The notes beneath the pieces are model-generated. The model was not told the origin of the DNA. It searched no databases and saw only the letters and a program-made list of their open reading frames with translations. A stretch of 64,000 nucleotides of DNA from Alphaproteobacteria bacterium (GTDB taxonomy: Bacteria; Pseudomonadota; Alphaproteobacteria; UBA828), in assembly GCA_965237415.1 (NCBI GenBank), contig CBDEFM010000002.1, positions 3,936,001 through 4,000,000 on the forward strand. The letters are read 5' to 3'. A program made the position numbers and the translations under genes. This document shows positions 10,456 to 19,296 of this stretch, one piece after another; the first letter of the stretch is position 1, and every line of letters starts with the position of its first letter.

Positions 10456-11211
10456 ATGAAGCTCGAAGGGAAGGTTGCGATCGTGACCGGCGGCTCGCGC
10501 GGGATCGGCGCCTGCATTGCCCGCCGCTACGGGCGGGAGGGCGCCACCGTCGCGGTGGTCGGCAACACCAGGCGCGACCGCGCCGAGGCGGTGGTGGCCG
10601 AGATCGAGGCCGCCGGCGGCAAGGCCCAAGCGTTCCTGGCCGATATCGGCGTGGTGGCGGACTGCGAGCGCCTGGCGCGGGAGGTGATCGCGGCCTTCGG
10701 CACGGTGGACATCCTGGTGAACAGTGCCGGCATCTTCACGCCGCTCCCCATCGAGGAGGTCACCGAGGAGAACTGGGACGCCCAGCACGCGCTCAATCTC
10801 AAGGGCGCGTTCTTCCTGACCAAGGCCGTCGTCCCCACCATGAAGGCCAAAGGCGCCGGCAAGATCATCAATATCTCGTCCATCGCAGGCTGCGGCGGGT
10901 TCCCGAACTCCAGCGCCTACTGCGCGACGAAGGGCGGCCTCACCAACATGACCAAGGCGCTCTGCCTCGAGCTCGCTGGCGACGGCATCAACGTCAACAC
11001 ACTCTCGCCCGGCAACATCGAGACCGACATGAACGCCGCGTTCCGCACGGATGCGGAATACGACGCGCGGCAGGCGGAGCTCACCCCTGCCGGAATCGGC
11101 CATATGGACCCGGAGCAGCTCACCGGCGCCGCGGTCTTCCTCGCGTCCGCCGATTCGGACTCGGTCCACGGCGTGGACCTGCTGGTGGACAATGGCTGGG
11201 CCGCCTGGTAG
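10456..11211 (+). CDS. Short-chain dehydrogenase/reductase (classical SDR)
   Basis: TGGSRGIG, NSAG, YCATK, PGNIET. Confidence 0.93.
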   Translation: MKLEGKVAIVTGGSRGIGACIARRYGREGATVAVVGNTRRDRAEAVVAEIEAAGGKAQAFLADIGVVADCERLAREVIAAFGTVDILVNSAGIFTPLPIEEVTEENWDAQHALNLKGAFFLTKAVVPTMKAKGAGKIINISSIAGCGGFPNSSAYCATKGGLTNMTKALCLELAGDGINVNTLSPGNIETDMNAAFRTDAEYDARQAELTPAGIGHMDPEQLTGAAVFLASADSDSVHGVDLLVDNGWAAW

Positions 11212-11229
11212 CGGCGAGGGGGCGGCGCA

Positions 11230-12033
11230 GTGACGGCGGCGAACGACATCCTCTACGAGGCGCACGGCCATGTGCGCCTGATCACCATCGACCGCGCCGA
11301 GAAGATGAATTCCCTCGATTTCGCGGCCAACGACCGGTTGATCGAGCGCTGGCGCGAATTTGCCGCCGATGACAAGGCGCGGGTCGCCGTCGTCACCGGC
11401 GCGGGCGACAAGGCGTTCTGCGCCGGCGCGGACCTCAAGACCTACACGATGAATTACGCCGGGCGGCCTGCGCCCGAGTTTCGCACGCGGTTTACGGATG
11501 GGCCCGGCTTCGGCGGCATCACCCGGGGGCTTGAGATCGACAAGCCGATCATCGCGGCGGTCAACGGCTATGCGATCTCCGGCGGGCTGGAGCTCGCCGA
11601 GGCCTGCGACATCCGCTTCTGCTCGCCCAACGCCGAGTTTGCCCATCAGGACGTGAACTGGGGCTTCCACCCGTGCGACGGCGGCAGCGTGCGCCTGCCG
11701 CGGATCGTGGGCCTCGGCAATGCCATGGAAATCATCCTCTCGGGCCGGCGCATCGACGCCGAGCACGCGCTCCGCATCGGCCTCGTCAACCGCATCGTGC
11801 CTGCCGCCGACCTGGTGGCGGAGACCATGGAATTCGCCGCGCTCGTGGCGAGCCGGGCGCCGCTCGCCCAGCGCTTCGCCAAGGACGTCATGCTGCGTGC
11901 CTTCGATATGCCGCTCGCGGATGCGCTCCGCCTCGAATCCCGCTCGTTCTACGATCTCGGCGGCACGCAGGACCTCAGGGAAGGCACCGATGCCTTCCGC
12001 GAGAAGCGCCCGGCAAATTTCAAGGGGCGCTAG
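11230..12033 (+). CDS. Enoyl-CoA hydratase/isomerase (crotonase) family protein
   Basis: AFCAGADL, AAVNGYAISGGLEL, ALRIGLVNRIVP, EKRPANFKG. Confidence 0.92.
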   Translation: MTAANDILYEAHGHVRLITIDRAEKMNSLDFAANDRLIERWREFAADDKARVAVVTGAGDKAFCAGADLKTYTMNYAGRPAPEFRTRFTDGPGFGGITRGLEIDKPIIAAVNGYAISGGLELAEACDIRFCSPNAEFAHQDVNWGFHPCDGGSVRLPRIVGLGNAMEIILSGRRIDAEHALRIGLVNRIVPAADLVAETMEFAALVASRAPLAQRFAKDVMLRAFDMPLADALRLESRSFYDLGGTQDLREGTDAFREKRPANFKGR

Positions 12034-12120
12034 AGGAGGTGTGTTGCGGTGCGTGCCGCCTTGCCCTCGGCCCAACCCGAACATATCGTGCCCGCCTAGG
12101 AAACGGGGGAGGAGCAGGGC

Positions 12121-12453
12121 GTGACCGACGATCCGGGACGCGGCTGCCACGACATCGGCGGGCTGCCCGCCGGCCGCATCGAGCGGGCGGAGCATGCGCA
12201 TGCGCTCTGGGAAAAGCGGGTCGACGCCCTGATGGTGCTGCTCGGAAGCCAGGAGCGGCGGGTCATCACCGTGGACGAGCTTCGCCGCGGCATCGAGCAG
12301 CTCGGCGCCGAGGCCTACGACGCGATGAGCTACTACGAGCGCTGGATCGCCTCGATCACCAACACCCTGCTCAACAAGGGTGTCATCGATTCCGACGAGC
12401 TCGGCCGCCGCATGGCCGAGGTCGAGGCGCGGGGCGAGGAGGGCGCCGGCTGA
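12121..12453 (+). CDS. Nitrile hydratase beta N-terminal half (thiocyanate hydrolase ScnB-like subunit)
   Basis: HDIGG, WEKRVDAL, DELRRGIE, SYYERW, GVIDSDEL. Confidence 0.85.
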   Translation: MTDDPGRGCHDIGGLPAGRIERAEHAHALWEKRVDALMVLLGSQERRVITVDELRRGIEQLGAEAYDAMSYYERWIASITNTLLNKGVIDSDELGRRMAEVEARGEEGAG

Positions 12454-12743
12454 TGGCCGCCCGCTTCACCGTCGGCGACCGTGTCGCCGTGCGCCGTGCC
12501 TTCCCGCTCGGCCACATCCGCACGCCCTACTACGCGCGTGGCGCCGTCGGCGATGTGGAGCGCATCTGCGGCGCCTTCGGCAATCCCGAGGAGCTGGCCT
12601 TCGGGCGCGGCAACGGCCCCAGGCAGAGCCTCTACCGGGTGCGGTTCGCCCAGACGGCGCTCTGGCCGGACTATGACGGCCCGCCCGGCGATAGCATCGA
12701 CATTGAGCTCTACGAGCATTGGCTCGAGCCCGAGACGGAGTGA
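12453..12743 (+). CDS. Nitrile hydratase beta C-terminal SH3-like half (ScnA-like subunit)
   Basis: FTVGDRV, GHIRTPYYARG, LYRVRF, LWPDY, LYEHWLE; ATG overlaps the upstream TGA. Confidence 0.87.
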   Translation: MAARFTVGDRVAVRRAFPLGHIRTPYYARGAVGDVERICGAFGNPEELAFGRGNGPRQSLYRVRFAQTALWPDYDGPPGDSIDIELYEHWLEPETE

Positions 12744-12746
12744 GCG

Positions 12747-13382
12747 ATGGCAACCGACTCCCACGCCCACGCCCACGCCCACGATCACCAGCCGCCGCCC
12801 GACGAGGCCGGTCCGCTCACCTACTACCAGACCATGGAGATCGCCGTTCGCGAGCTCTTGATCGAGAAGGGCGTGTTCGGCGCCGACGACGTGCGCGCGG
12901 CGCTCGAGGCGATGGATGCCCGCAGCCCCGCGCGCGGCGCCGACGTCGTGGCCCACGCCTGGACCGACCCGGCCTTCAAGGACGCGCTGCTGGAAGACGG
13001 CACGGAGGCCTGCGCGCAGCTCGGCATCGACATCGGGCCGACCCGGCTCATCGCCGTCGAAAACACGGAGGCCGTGCACAACGTCATCGTCTGCACGCTC
13101 TGCTCGTGCTATCCGCGCAACCTCCTGGGTCTTCCGCCCGACTGGTACAAGGCGAAGGCCTACCGCTCGCGGGTGGTGCGCGAGCCCCGCGCGGTCCTGC
13201 GCGAGTTCGGCACCGAGGTTTCTGACGACGTGACCGTGCGGGTGCACGATTCGACCGCCGACATGCGCTACATTGTGGTGCCCCGGCGGCCCGCCGGCAC
13301 CGAGGGGTGGGACCGCGAGCGCCTTGCCGCGTTGGTGACGCGCGACTGCCTCATCGGCGTGACGCTGCCGAAGAACCCCTGA
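12747..13382 (+). CDS. nthA: Co-type nitrile hydratase alpha / thiocyanate hydrolase gamma (ScnC-like) subunit
   Basis: Metal motif VCTLCSCYPR (Thr indicates Co type), PPDWYK, YRSRVVREPR, His-rich N-terminus. Confidence 0.93.
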   Translation: MATDSHAHAHAHDHQPPPDEAGPLTYYQTMEIAVRELLIEKGVFGADDVRAALEAMDARSPARGADVVAHAWTDPAFKDALLEDGTEACAQLGIDIGPTRLIAVENTEAVHNVIVCTLCSCYPRNLLGLPPDWYKAKAYRSRVVREPRAVLREFGTEVSDDVTVRVHDSTADMRYIVVPRRPAGTEGWDRERLAALVTRDCLIGVTLPKNP

Positions 13383-13445
13383 CGCCAGCCCGGCGGCGCA
13401 CGTGGGCGCCGGGCGGCCTCAGCTTGAGAGGGATCGACTCCGACT

Positions 13446-15122
13446 ATGCATGATCTCGTAATTCGCGGCGCCATGGTCGCCGACGGTGTGGGTAATCCGC
13501 TGATCCGCGCCGATGTTGCCGTCAAAGGGGAGCACATCGCCGAGGTCGGCGACGTGACGGAAAGCGCGCGGGAGACCGTCGACGCCGACGGCCTCGTGCT
13601 CGCGCCCGGCATCGTCGACGTGCATACCCATTACGACGCCCAGATCACGTGGGAGAGTCAGGCGACGCCGTCGCCCTCGCTCGGCGTGACCACGGTCGTC
13701 ATGGGCAATTGCGGCTTCAGCATCGCGCCCTGCCCGCCGGAGCGGCGCGAGCAGATGGCGCGCAACCTGGCCGAGGTCGAGGGCATGTCCATCGCCGCGC
13801 TGGAGGCCGGGATCGACTGGAGCTTCGAGGACTTCCCCGAGTACTTGGCGCTGCTGCGGCGCAAGGGGTGCTATCCCAACGCCGGCGTCTTCGTCGGTCA
13901 TTCGGCGGTGCGCACCACGGTGCTCGGCGCCGAGGCCTCGGATCGCGCAGCGACCGAGGACGAGATCGCCACCATGCGCGGGATCGTGAAGGAGGCGATG
14001 GAGGCGGGCGCCATCGGCTTCGCCACCTCCACCTCGATCAACCACAACGGCGACGGCGGGGTGCCGATGCCCTCCCGGCTCGCGGAAGACGACGAGATGC
14101 GCGCTCTGGTGGGTGTGCTCGGCGAGCTCGGCCGCGGCATCTTCCAGCTCACGGTCGGCCCGAGCATGACGGTGGAACGGCTGGAGAGCATGGCGGCCGA
14201 GACCGGCCGGCCGGTCTTCATGACCGCAGCCCTCCACAACGAGACCTTTCCCGACCGCGCCATCGGCATGCTCGACGGGGCAGCGGCCGCCCAGAGCCGC
14301 GGCAACGCGGTGTGGGCCCAGGTCTCGTGCCAGCCGCTTTGCATGGATTTCTCCATGCGGACCGCCTTCCCGCTCCAGAGCCTCAACGCCTGGGAGCCGC
14401 TGCACCGCGCCTCCGACGAGGAGTTCCTGGCGATCATCGGGAGCCAGGACTTCCGCAACAGGTTCCGGGAGGACATGGAGAAGCCGCAGAGCGGCAAGAT
14501 CTTCTACGGCGACTGGCGACGGGTCGAGGTGGCGAAGGCGACGACGCCCGCGCACCAGGCGCTGGAAGGCGAGACCATCGAGGCCATCGCCGGGCGCGAG
14601 GGCCGCGATCCGGTGGACGTGATGTTCGACATCGCCGTGGACGAGAGGCTCGGCACCACCTTCAACGCAGCCCTGCTCAATGCTGACGAGGCGGCGGTCG
14701 AGGACCTGCTGCGTCACGACGCGGGCCTCATCAGCCTGTCCGATGCCGGCGCCCATCTCTGCTACCTCTGCGATGCCGGCTACGGCCTGCACCTCTTGGG
14801 CCACTGGGTGCGCGACAAGGGCGTCTTCGATCTGGCGGACGGCATCCGCCGGATCACCAGCCTGCCGGCGCAGCTTTACGGAATCGCGGATCGCGGTGAG
14901 ATCGCGCCGGGCAAGTTCGCGGATTTTCTGCTCTTCGATCCGGCGACGGTCGGGCGCGGCGCGATCCGGAGAGTCGACGATCTGCCCGGCGGCGAGAGCC
15001 GCCTGGTCCGCGATGCCAGCGGCGTGCACGGGGTCTGGGTCAACGGCACCGGCGTCTACGACGGCGACGGCTACCGCGACGTGCCGCCGCCCGGTCACGT
15101 GCTCGACCGCTTCCTGAGCTAA
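13446..15122 (+). CDS. N-acyl-D-amino-acid deacylase-like amidohydrolase
   Basis: PGIVDVHTHYDAQ, GVTTVVMGNCG, SDAGAH, DLPGGESRL. Confidence 0.9.
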   Translation: MHDLVIRGAMVADGVGNPLIRADVAVKGEHIAEVGDVTESARETVDADGLVLAPGIVDVHTHYDAQITWESQATPSPSLGVTTVVMGNCGFSIAPCPPERREQMARNLAEVEGMSIAALEAGIDWSFEDFPEYLALLRRKGCYPNAGVFVGHSAVRTTVLGAEASDRAATEDEIATMRGIVKEAMEAGAIGFATSTSINHNGDGGVPMPSRLAEDDEMRALVGVLGELGRGIFQLTVGPSMTVERLESMAAETGRPVFMTAALHNETFPDRAIGMLDGAAAAQSRGNAVWAQVSCQPLCMDFSMRTAFPLQSLNAWEPLHRASDEEFLAIIGSQDFRNRFREDMEKPQSGKIFYGDWRRVEVAKATTPAHQALEGETIEAIAGREGRDPVDVMFDIAVDERLGTTFNAALLNADEAAVEDLLRHDAGLISLSDAGAHLCYLCDAGYGLHLLGHWVRDKGVFDLADGIRRITSLPAQLYGIADRGEIAPGKFADFLLFDPATVGRGAIRRVDDLPGGESRLVRDASGVHGVWVNGTGVYDGDGYRDVPPPGHVLDRFLS

Positions 15123-15141
15123 CCCGGACTTCTCGCCGCGG
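15118..15141 (+). repeat. Direct repeat copy 2, GCTAACCCGGACTTCTCGCCGCGG
   Basis: 22/24 identical to 10109-10132. Confidence 0.75.
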
Positions 15142-16073
15142 TCACTGATCGGCGCTGGCGCGCGGGGCCACTGGGGTGGCGCGGTATCGCTGATGAACGG
15201 CCGCTCCGCCTGGGGCGCGACCGCGAGCTCGGGCTCGCCCGCCTCGGTCACAGTCACCCGCACTTCGAGCCGGGAGCCCCCGCCGCCGAACACGGCACCC
15301 CGCGTCGGCGCTGCATCGGCATAGTCGCGGCCCACGGCGATGCGGACATGGCGGTGGTCGGCGAGGGTGTCGTTGGTCGGGTCGATGCCGATCCAGCCGA
15401 GATCGGGGAGCAGGAACTCCGCCCAGGCGTGGCTCGCCCCCTCAGGCGTCTGCTCGCCCGGTGCGCCTTCGCGATGGAGGTAGCCTGAGACATAGCGGCT
15501 CGGGATGCCCCACGAGCGCGCGATGGTCAGCATCACATGGGTGTAGTCCTGACAGACGCCGCGCCCGGTTTCCAGAATGTGCTCGATCGGCGAATCGACA
15601 GCGGTGCTGCCCGGCTCGTATTGGAACAATGCGTGCAGCGCGCGGGCCATCTCCAGAAGGGAGGAGAGGGGGTCGCCGCCGCGGCGCGGACCGTTGGCGT
15701 CGGTGAACGCTGCGAGTGCCGGGCTCGGACGGGCGAAGCGGCTCGGCGTCAGGAACTCCCAGTGGTGGAGCGGTGCCGCAACCTCCGCCAAGGCGTCCCA
15801 GGAGTCCTTCTCCGGGCGATCCGGCAAGTCGGGCGCAGGCGCGGTCACGACATCCGCCCGCGAGCGGACGGCGGTGTGCTCGTGCGACCGATGGATATTG
15901 AACAGATGGCAGGCGTTGCCGAAGGGGTCCTCGAATGCAATCGGGGCGGCGACCGGATCGATCTCGAGCGAGAAGGAGGCGAAGGTGAGCCGCGGAATCG
16001 TCATCCCCGGCCCGGTCGAGGAGTGCCGCGCCTTCTTCGCTCGATCGTCCTCATGCGTTGCGCCGCTGTTCAT
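15142..16073 (-). pseudogene. Transglutaminase-like protein, N-terminally truncated and apparently frameshifted near the 3' end
   Basis: GVCQDYTH, RYVSGY, ASHAWAE, IDPTN and GRDYAD motifs are present; the usual N-terminal segment is missing; there is no in-frame stop until 13419, and an out-of-frame TGA lies at 15142-15144. Confidence 0.65.
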
Positions 16074-16121
16074 CTCGCCTTCATCCCTGTCCTCGCCCGT
16101 GCGGGGGTTGCCGGCCTTATA

Positions 16122-16184
16122 TGCGAATAACTCTCATTGCGGATATTTTATTCGCAGAAAACGATAATGCAACTCATTCCTATT
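16122..16184. promoter_or_regulatory. AT-rich patch with Fur-box-like 7-1-7 motifs and a 9-bp inverted repeat
   Basis: TGCGAAT-A-ACTCTCA (16122-16136) vs consensus TGAGAAT-N-ATTCTCA; TGCGAATAA/TTATTCGCA arms (16122-16130, 16148-16156); GATAATGCAACTCATTCCTATT (16163-16184). Confidence 0.5.
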
Positions 16185-16334
16185 GGTATTTAGAGACGGC
16201 GATGAGGGTTCGTATCGTCCGATCACGCCGCGCCCTGATACCGCGCGAGCCATGATCATGGTGAAATATCCGGGCTGGTCGGTTATTCATCGATGATCGA
16301 CACGCCCCACAATCCTCTCGGGAGGCTAGACGCC

Positions 16335-17372
16335 ATGAAGTTTCAATTGGCCATCAACATGGAGCGGCTCGTGCCCGACCTCGACATGACCGACGTCGCG
16401 CGCCATACGCTGGAGATGGTGCAGATGGCCGACGAGGGCGGGTTCGCGATCGCATGGGCCGCCGAGCACCATGCGCTGGAGATGACCATCGCGCCCAATC
16501 CGTTCCAGATCCTGACCTGGTGGGCGGCGCACACCTCGCGCATCCGGCTCGGCTCGGCGGTGGTCGTGGCGGCGTACTGGCATCCGATCAAGGCTGCAGG
16601 CGAGGCTGCGCTGCTGGATCTCTACAGCGGCGGGCGGCTCGAGTTCGGCATCGGCTCCGGCGCCTACCAGCGCGAGTTCGACCGCATGCACCCGGGCCTG
16701 CAGCGCAATGACGCATTTCACTACATGTTCGAGATGCTGCCGGCGGTGAAGGCGCTCTGGCAGGGCGACTACGCGCACGAGGGCGAGTTCTGGTCATTTC
16801 CTGCCGCGACCTCCGTGCCGAAGCCGCTGCAAAAGCCCCATCCGCCCATCTGGATCGCCGCGCGCTCGCCGGACACCTACGACTTTGCGGTGAAGCACGA
16901 ATGCAACATCCTCTCGTGGCCTCTCACCCGCCCGATGTCGGAGGTCGAGGCCTACAGGGAGCGTATGGAGACCGCGCTCGCCGACAATCCCGGTAAGCCC
17001 CGGCCCATCTTCTCCACCATGCGCCACACGGTGGTGTACGACCGCAAGGAAGAGTGGGAGGTGCCGGTGAAGGCCGCGATGCGCCAGTTCGGCCAGTTCG
17101 AGAACCTGTTCAAGAACCTCGGCGACGTTGCCAACGGCTTTCCCCGCACGATCGAGCTTTCGGAGCTGGAGAACCGGGACGAGTACGACCCGCAGATGCT
17201 CCATCGCAACCTCATGTTCGGCACGCCTGACGAGGTGATCGAAAAGCTCAGGGCCTACGAGGCGCTGGGTGTCGACCAGTTCACGTACTACGCGAGCCTC
17301 GGCCTCGGGATGAAGGAGCAGAAACGCTCGCTCAAGCTGTTCATCGAGGAGGTGATGCCGGCATTCGCGTGA
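16335..17372 (+). CDS. LLM-class flavin-dependent monooxygenase, TgnB (trigonelline monooxygenase)-like
   Basis: MKFQLAINMER, EHHALEMTIAPNP, WHPIKAAGEAA, PKPLQKPHPPIWIAAR, EVMPAF; GGAGG RBS at 16321. Confidence 0.85.
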   Translation: MKFQLAINMERLVPDLDMTDVARHTLEMVQMADEGGFAIAWAAEHHALEMTIAPNPFQILTWWAAHTSRIRLGSAVVVAAYWHPIKAAGEAALLDLYSGGRLEFGIGSGAYQREFDRMHPGLQRNDAFHYMFEMLPAVKALWQGDYAHEGEFWSFPAATSVPKPLQKPHPPIWIAARSPDTYDFAVKHECNILSWPLTRPMSEVEAYRERMETALADNPGKPRPIFSTMRHTVVYDRKEEWEVPVKAAMRQFGQFENLFKNLGDVANGFPRTIELSELENRDEYDPQMLHRNLMFGTPDEVIEKLRAYEALGVDQFTYYASLGLGMKEQKRSLKLFIEEVMPAFA

Positions 17373-17409
17373 CGATACCTGCGCTGTCGGCAATGAACGG
17401 CAGGCGTGT

Positions 17410-18207
17410 ATGAGCGCCGGTAGCGCGGGCGAAACGGCCTGGGAACTGCACGGAAGCGGCCCGGCGGTCGTACTGATCCACGGCTTCGGGCTCAACCGCG
17501 CGATGTGGCAGTGGCAGCTCCCCGCTCTCACGCCGCATTTCAGCGTGCTCACCTACGATCTGCTGGGGCACGGAGAGAGCGCGCCACCTCAGGGCACGCC
17601 CGATCTCGCCATGTTCTCCGCGCAGCTGCTCGGCCTCATGGACTGCAGCGGTATCGCGCGCGCGGCAGTCGTGGGGTTCTCGCTCGGCGGCATGATCGCC
17701 CGCCGCTTCGCGCTGGACCATCCGGACCGGCTTTCGGCGCTCGCGATTTTGAACTCGCCGCACGACCGCAGCCCCGCCCAACGCGCCGCGGTCCGCGAGC
17801 GCGTCCGTCAGACGCGGGAGCAGGGGCCTTCGGCCAACGTGGAGCCCGCCCTCGAACGCTGGTTCACGCCGGCGTTCCGCGCCGAGGCGCCAGAAACGAT
17901 CGCGCTTGTCCGCAGGTGGATCACGGGCAACGACCCGGCCGTGTATTGGCAGGTTTACCGCGTGCTCGCCGAGGGCGACGCCGAGATTGCACAGGGTCTG
18001 GAACGGATCGCTTGTCCGACCCTGGTCATGACCGGCGCGGACGACCCCGGCAACACGCCCGCCATGGCGCGGGCCATGGCCGGGCTCATCCCCGGCGCCC
18101 GTCTCGCGATTCTGCCGGGTCTCAGGCACATGGCGCTCGCCGAATCGCCGGCGGCGGTCAACGAGCCGCTCTCTGCGTTCCTCCGCGACGCGCTCGGGAC
18201 GGACTGA
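17410..18207 (+). CDS. Alpha/beta hydrolase (PcaD/TgnD-like)
   Basis: LIHGFG, DLLGHG, nucleophile elbow GFSLGG, GADD, LRHMA triad. Confidence 0.88.
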   Translation: MSAGSAGETAWELHGSGPAVVLIHGFGLNRAMWQWQLPALTPHFSVLTYDLLGHGESAPPQGTPDLAMFSAQLLGLMDCSGIARAAVVGFSLGGMIARRFALDHPDRLSALAILNSPHDRSPAQRAAVRERVRQTREQGPSANVEPALERWFTPAFRAEAPETIALVRRWITGNDPAVYWQVYRVLAEGDAEIAQGLERIACPTLVMTGADDPGNTPAMARAMAGLIPGARLAILPGLRHMALAESPAAVNEPLSAFLRDALGTD

Positions 18208-18212
18208 ACCGG

Positions 18213-19085
18213 CTACCCGAACGCGGCGAGGATGCCGACGCCACTCACCACCATGCCGACGCCGCCCCATTGCAGCGGCGAGACCGGCTCGCGCAGGAAG
18301 ATGCGCGCCAGCACCACCGTCACCACCGTGTAGCCCACGCTGGCCACGATTGCGTACTCGCCATGGGGCAGGTCGAGGCCGATGTAGAGCAGCAGGTGGC
18401 CGAGGGTATCGAGGAACCCGAAGGCCGCCAGCACGGGCCAGGCCCGCACCGGGAAGCGCACGCGTTCGCGGCGCACGAGCAGGATCGCCCCAAGCGCCAC
18501 GAAGCCGATGAGTCGCACGATCAGAACGGTCTGCCAGGGGCCGTAGATCTCGATGGCCCGGTCGGCAGCGGTGAGGGAGGCGGCGTAGGTCGCGGCGGCG
18601 ATCAGGGAGTAGATGATCGTCCGCCGCACCACGGCGGGCGCGTATTCCGGCGCTGCGCCTTCGCCCGTCGGCGTCGCCCGCGCGACCAGCCAGACCCCGG
18701 CCATGGTGGCGACCATCGCTACCCAATGGACGGGGTCGGGGCGGGCGCCGAGGGCGACAGAGATCGGCACCGCGATCGCCGGGTAGCAGGCCACCACCGG
18801 CGAGGCGAGCGACACCGGCCCGTGGGTCACGGCATGATAGAACAGGATCGAGCCGATTACGGTGCCGGCACCGATCCCTATGAGCCAGTGGATACCGTCG
18901 AGGCGCCAAACGAAGGGCTCGCCCGTCGTCGCCATGACGGCCGCAATCAGCGCGGCGCCGATCGTCATCATCGTGCAGGTCGCCACCAGGACGCCCACCG
19001 AGCGGCCGGCGAAACGCGCGACGATATCCGAGACGCCCCACGAGAGCGCGCAGCCCGCGCCCCAGGCGGCTGCGCTCTCTAGCAT
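18213..19085 (-). CDS. EamA/DMT family transporter
   Basis: About 10 hydrophobic segments, GPVSLASPV, ARIFLREPVSPLQWGG. Confidence 0.85.
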   Translation of the reverse strand: MLESAAAWGAGCALSWGVSDIVARFAGRSVGVLVATCTMMTIGAALIAAVMATTGEPFVWRLDGIHWLIGIGAGTVIGSILFYHAVTHGPVSLASPVVACYPAIAVPISVALGARPDPVHWVAMVATMAGVWLVARATPTGEGAAPEYAPAVVRRTIIYSLIAAATYAASLTAADRAIEIYGPWQTVLIVRLIGFVALGAILLVRRERVRFPVRAWPVLAAFGFLDTLGHLLLYIGLDLPHGEYAIVASVGYTVVTVVLARIFLREPVSPLQWGGVGMVVSGVGILAAFG

Positions 19086-19296
19086 CGGCGCGCCGTCACT
19101 GCGTCATGCGATCATGCGGGGGCAGCCGAGTGCGCAGGATTGGCGGCCAGGTGAGGGAAGGCGGTGCGGGGAGGATCCATGACGGCGCGGATTATGGTCG
19201 GTGCGACCGGCCCCGTCGAGGCACGGGAGACACGGCGGCGCTACGCCATAATTCCGTCGCATTCTTGCGAGATCGTAGCCTCGACAGCCGGGGTGA

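Noticed and set aside
8836-12201. 1121-aa minus-strand ORF, and similar long shadow ORFs such as 29097-32027, 26965-29100 and 58533-60341
   Set aside because: Antisense or off-frame to well-supported genes, with low-complexity R/A/G/P-rich translations; expected from stop-codon scarcity in high-GC DNA
12758-12790. CCCACG hexamer tandem repeat
   Set aside because: Encodes the His-Ala-rich N-terminus common in Co-NHase alpha subunits
13419-15141. C-terminal ~570 aa of the 884-aa ORF as a real fused domain
   Set aside because: It is the antisense of the amidohydrolase; better explained by a missed stop near 15142
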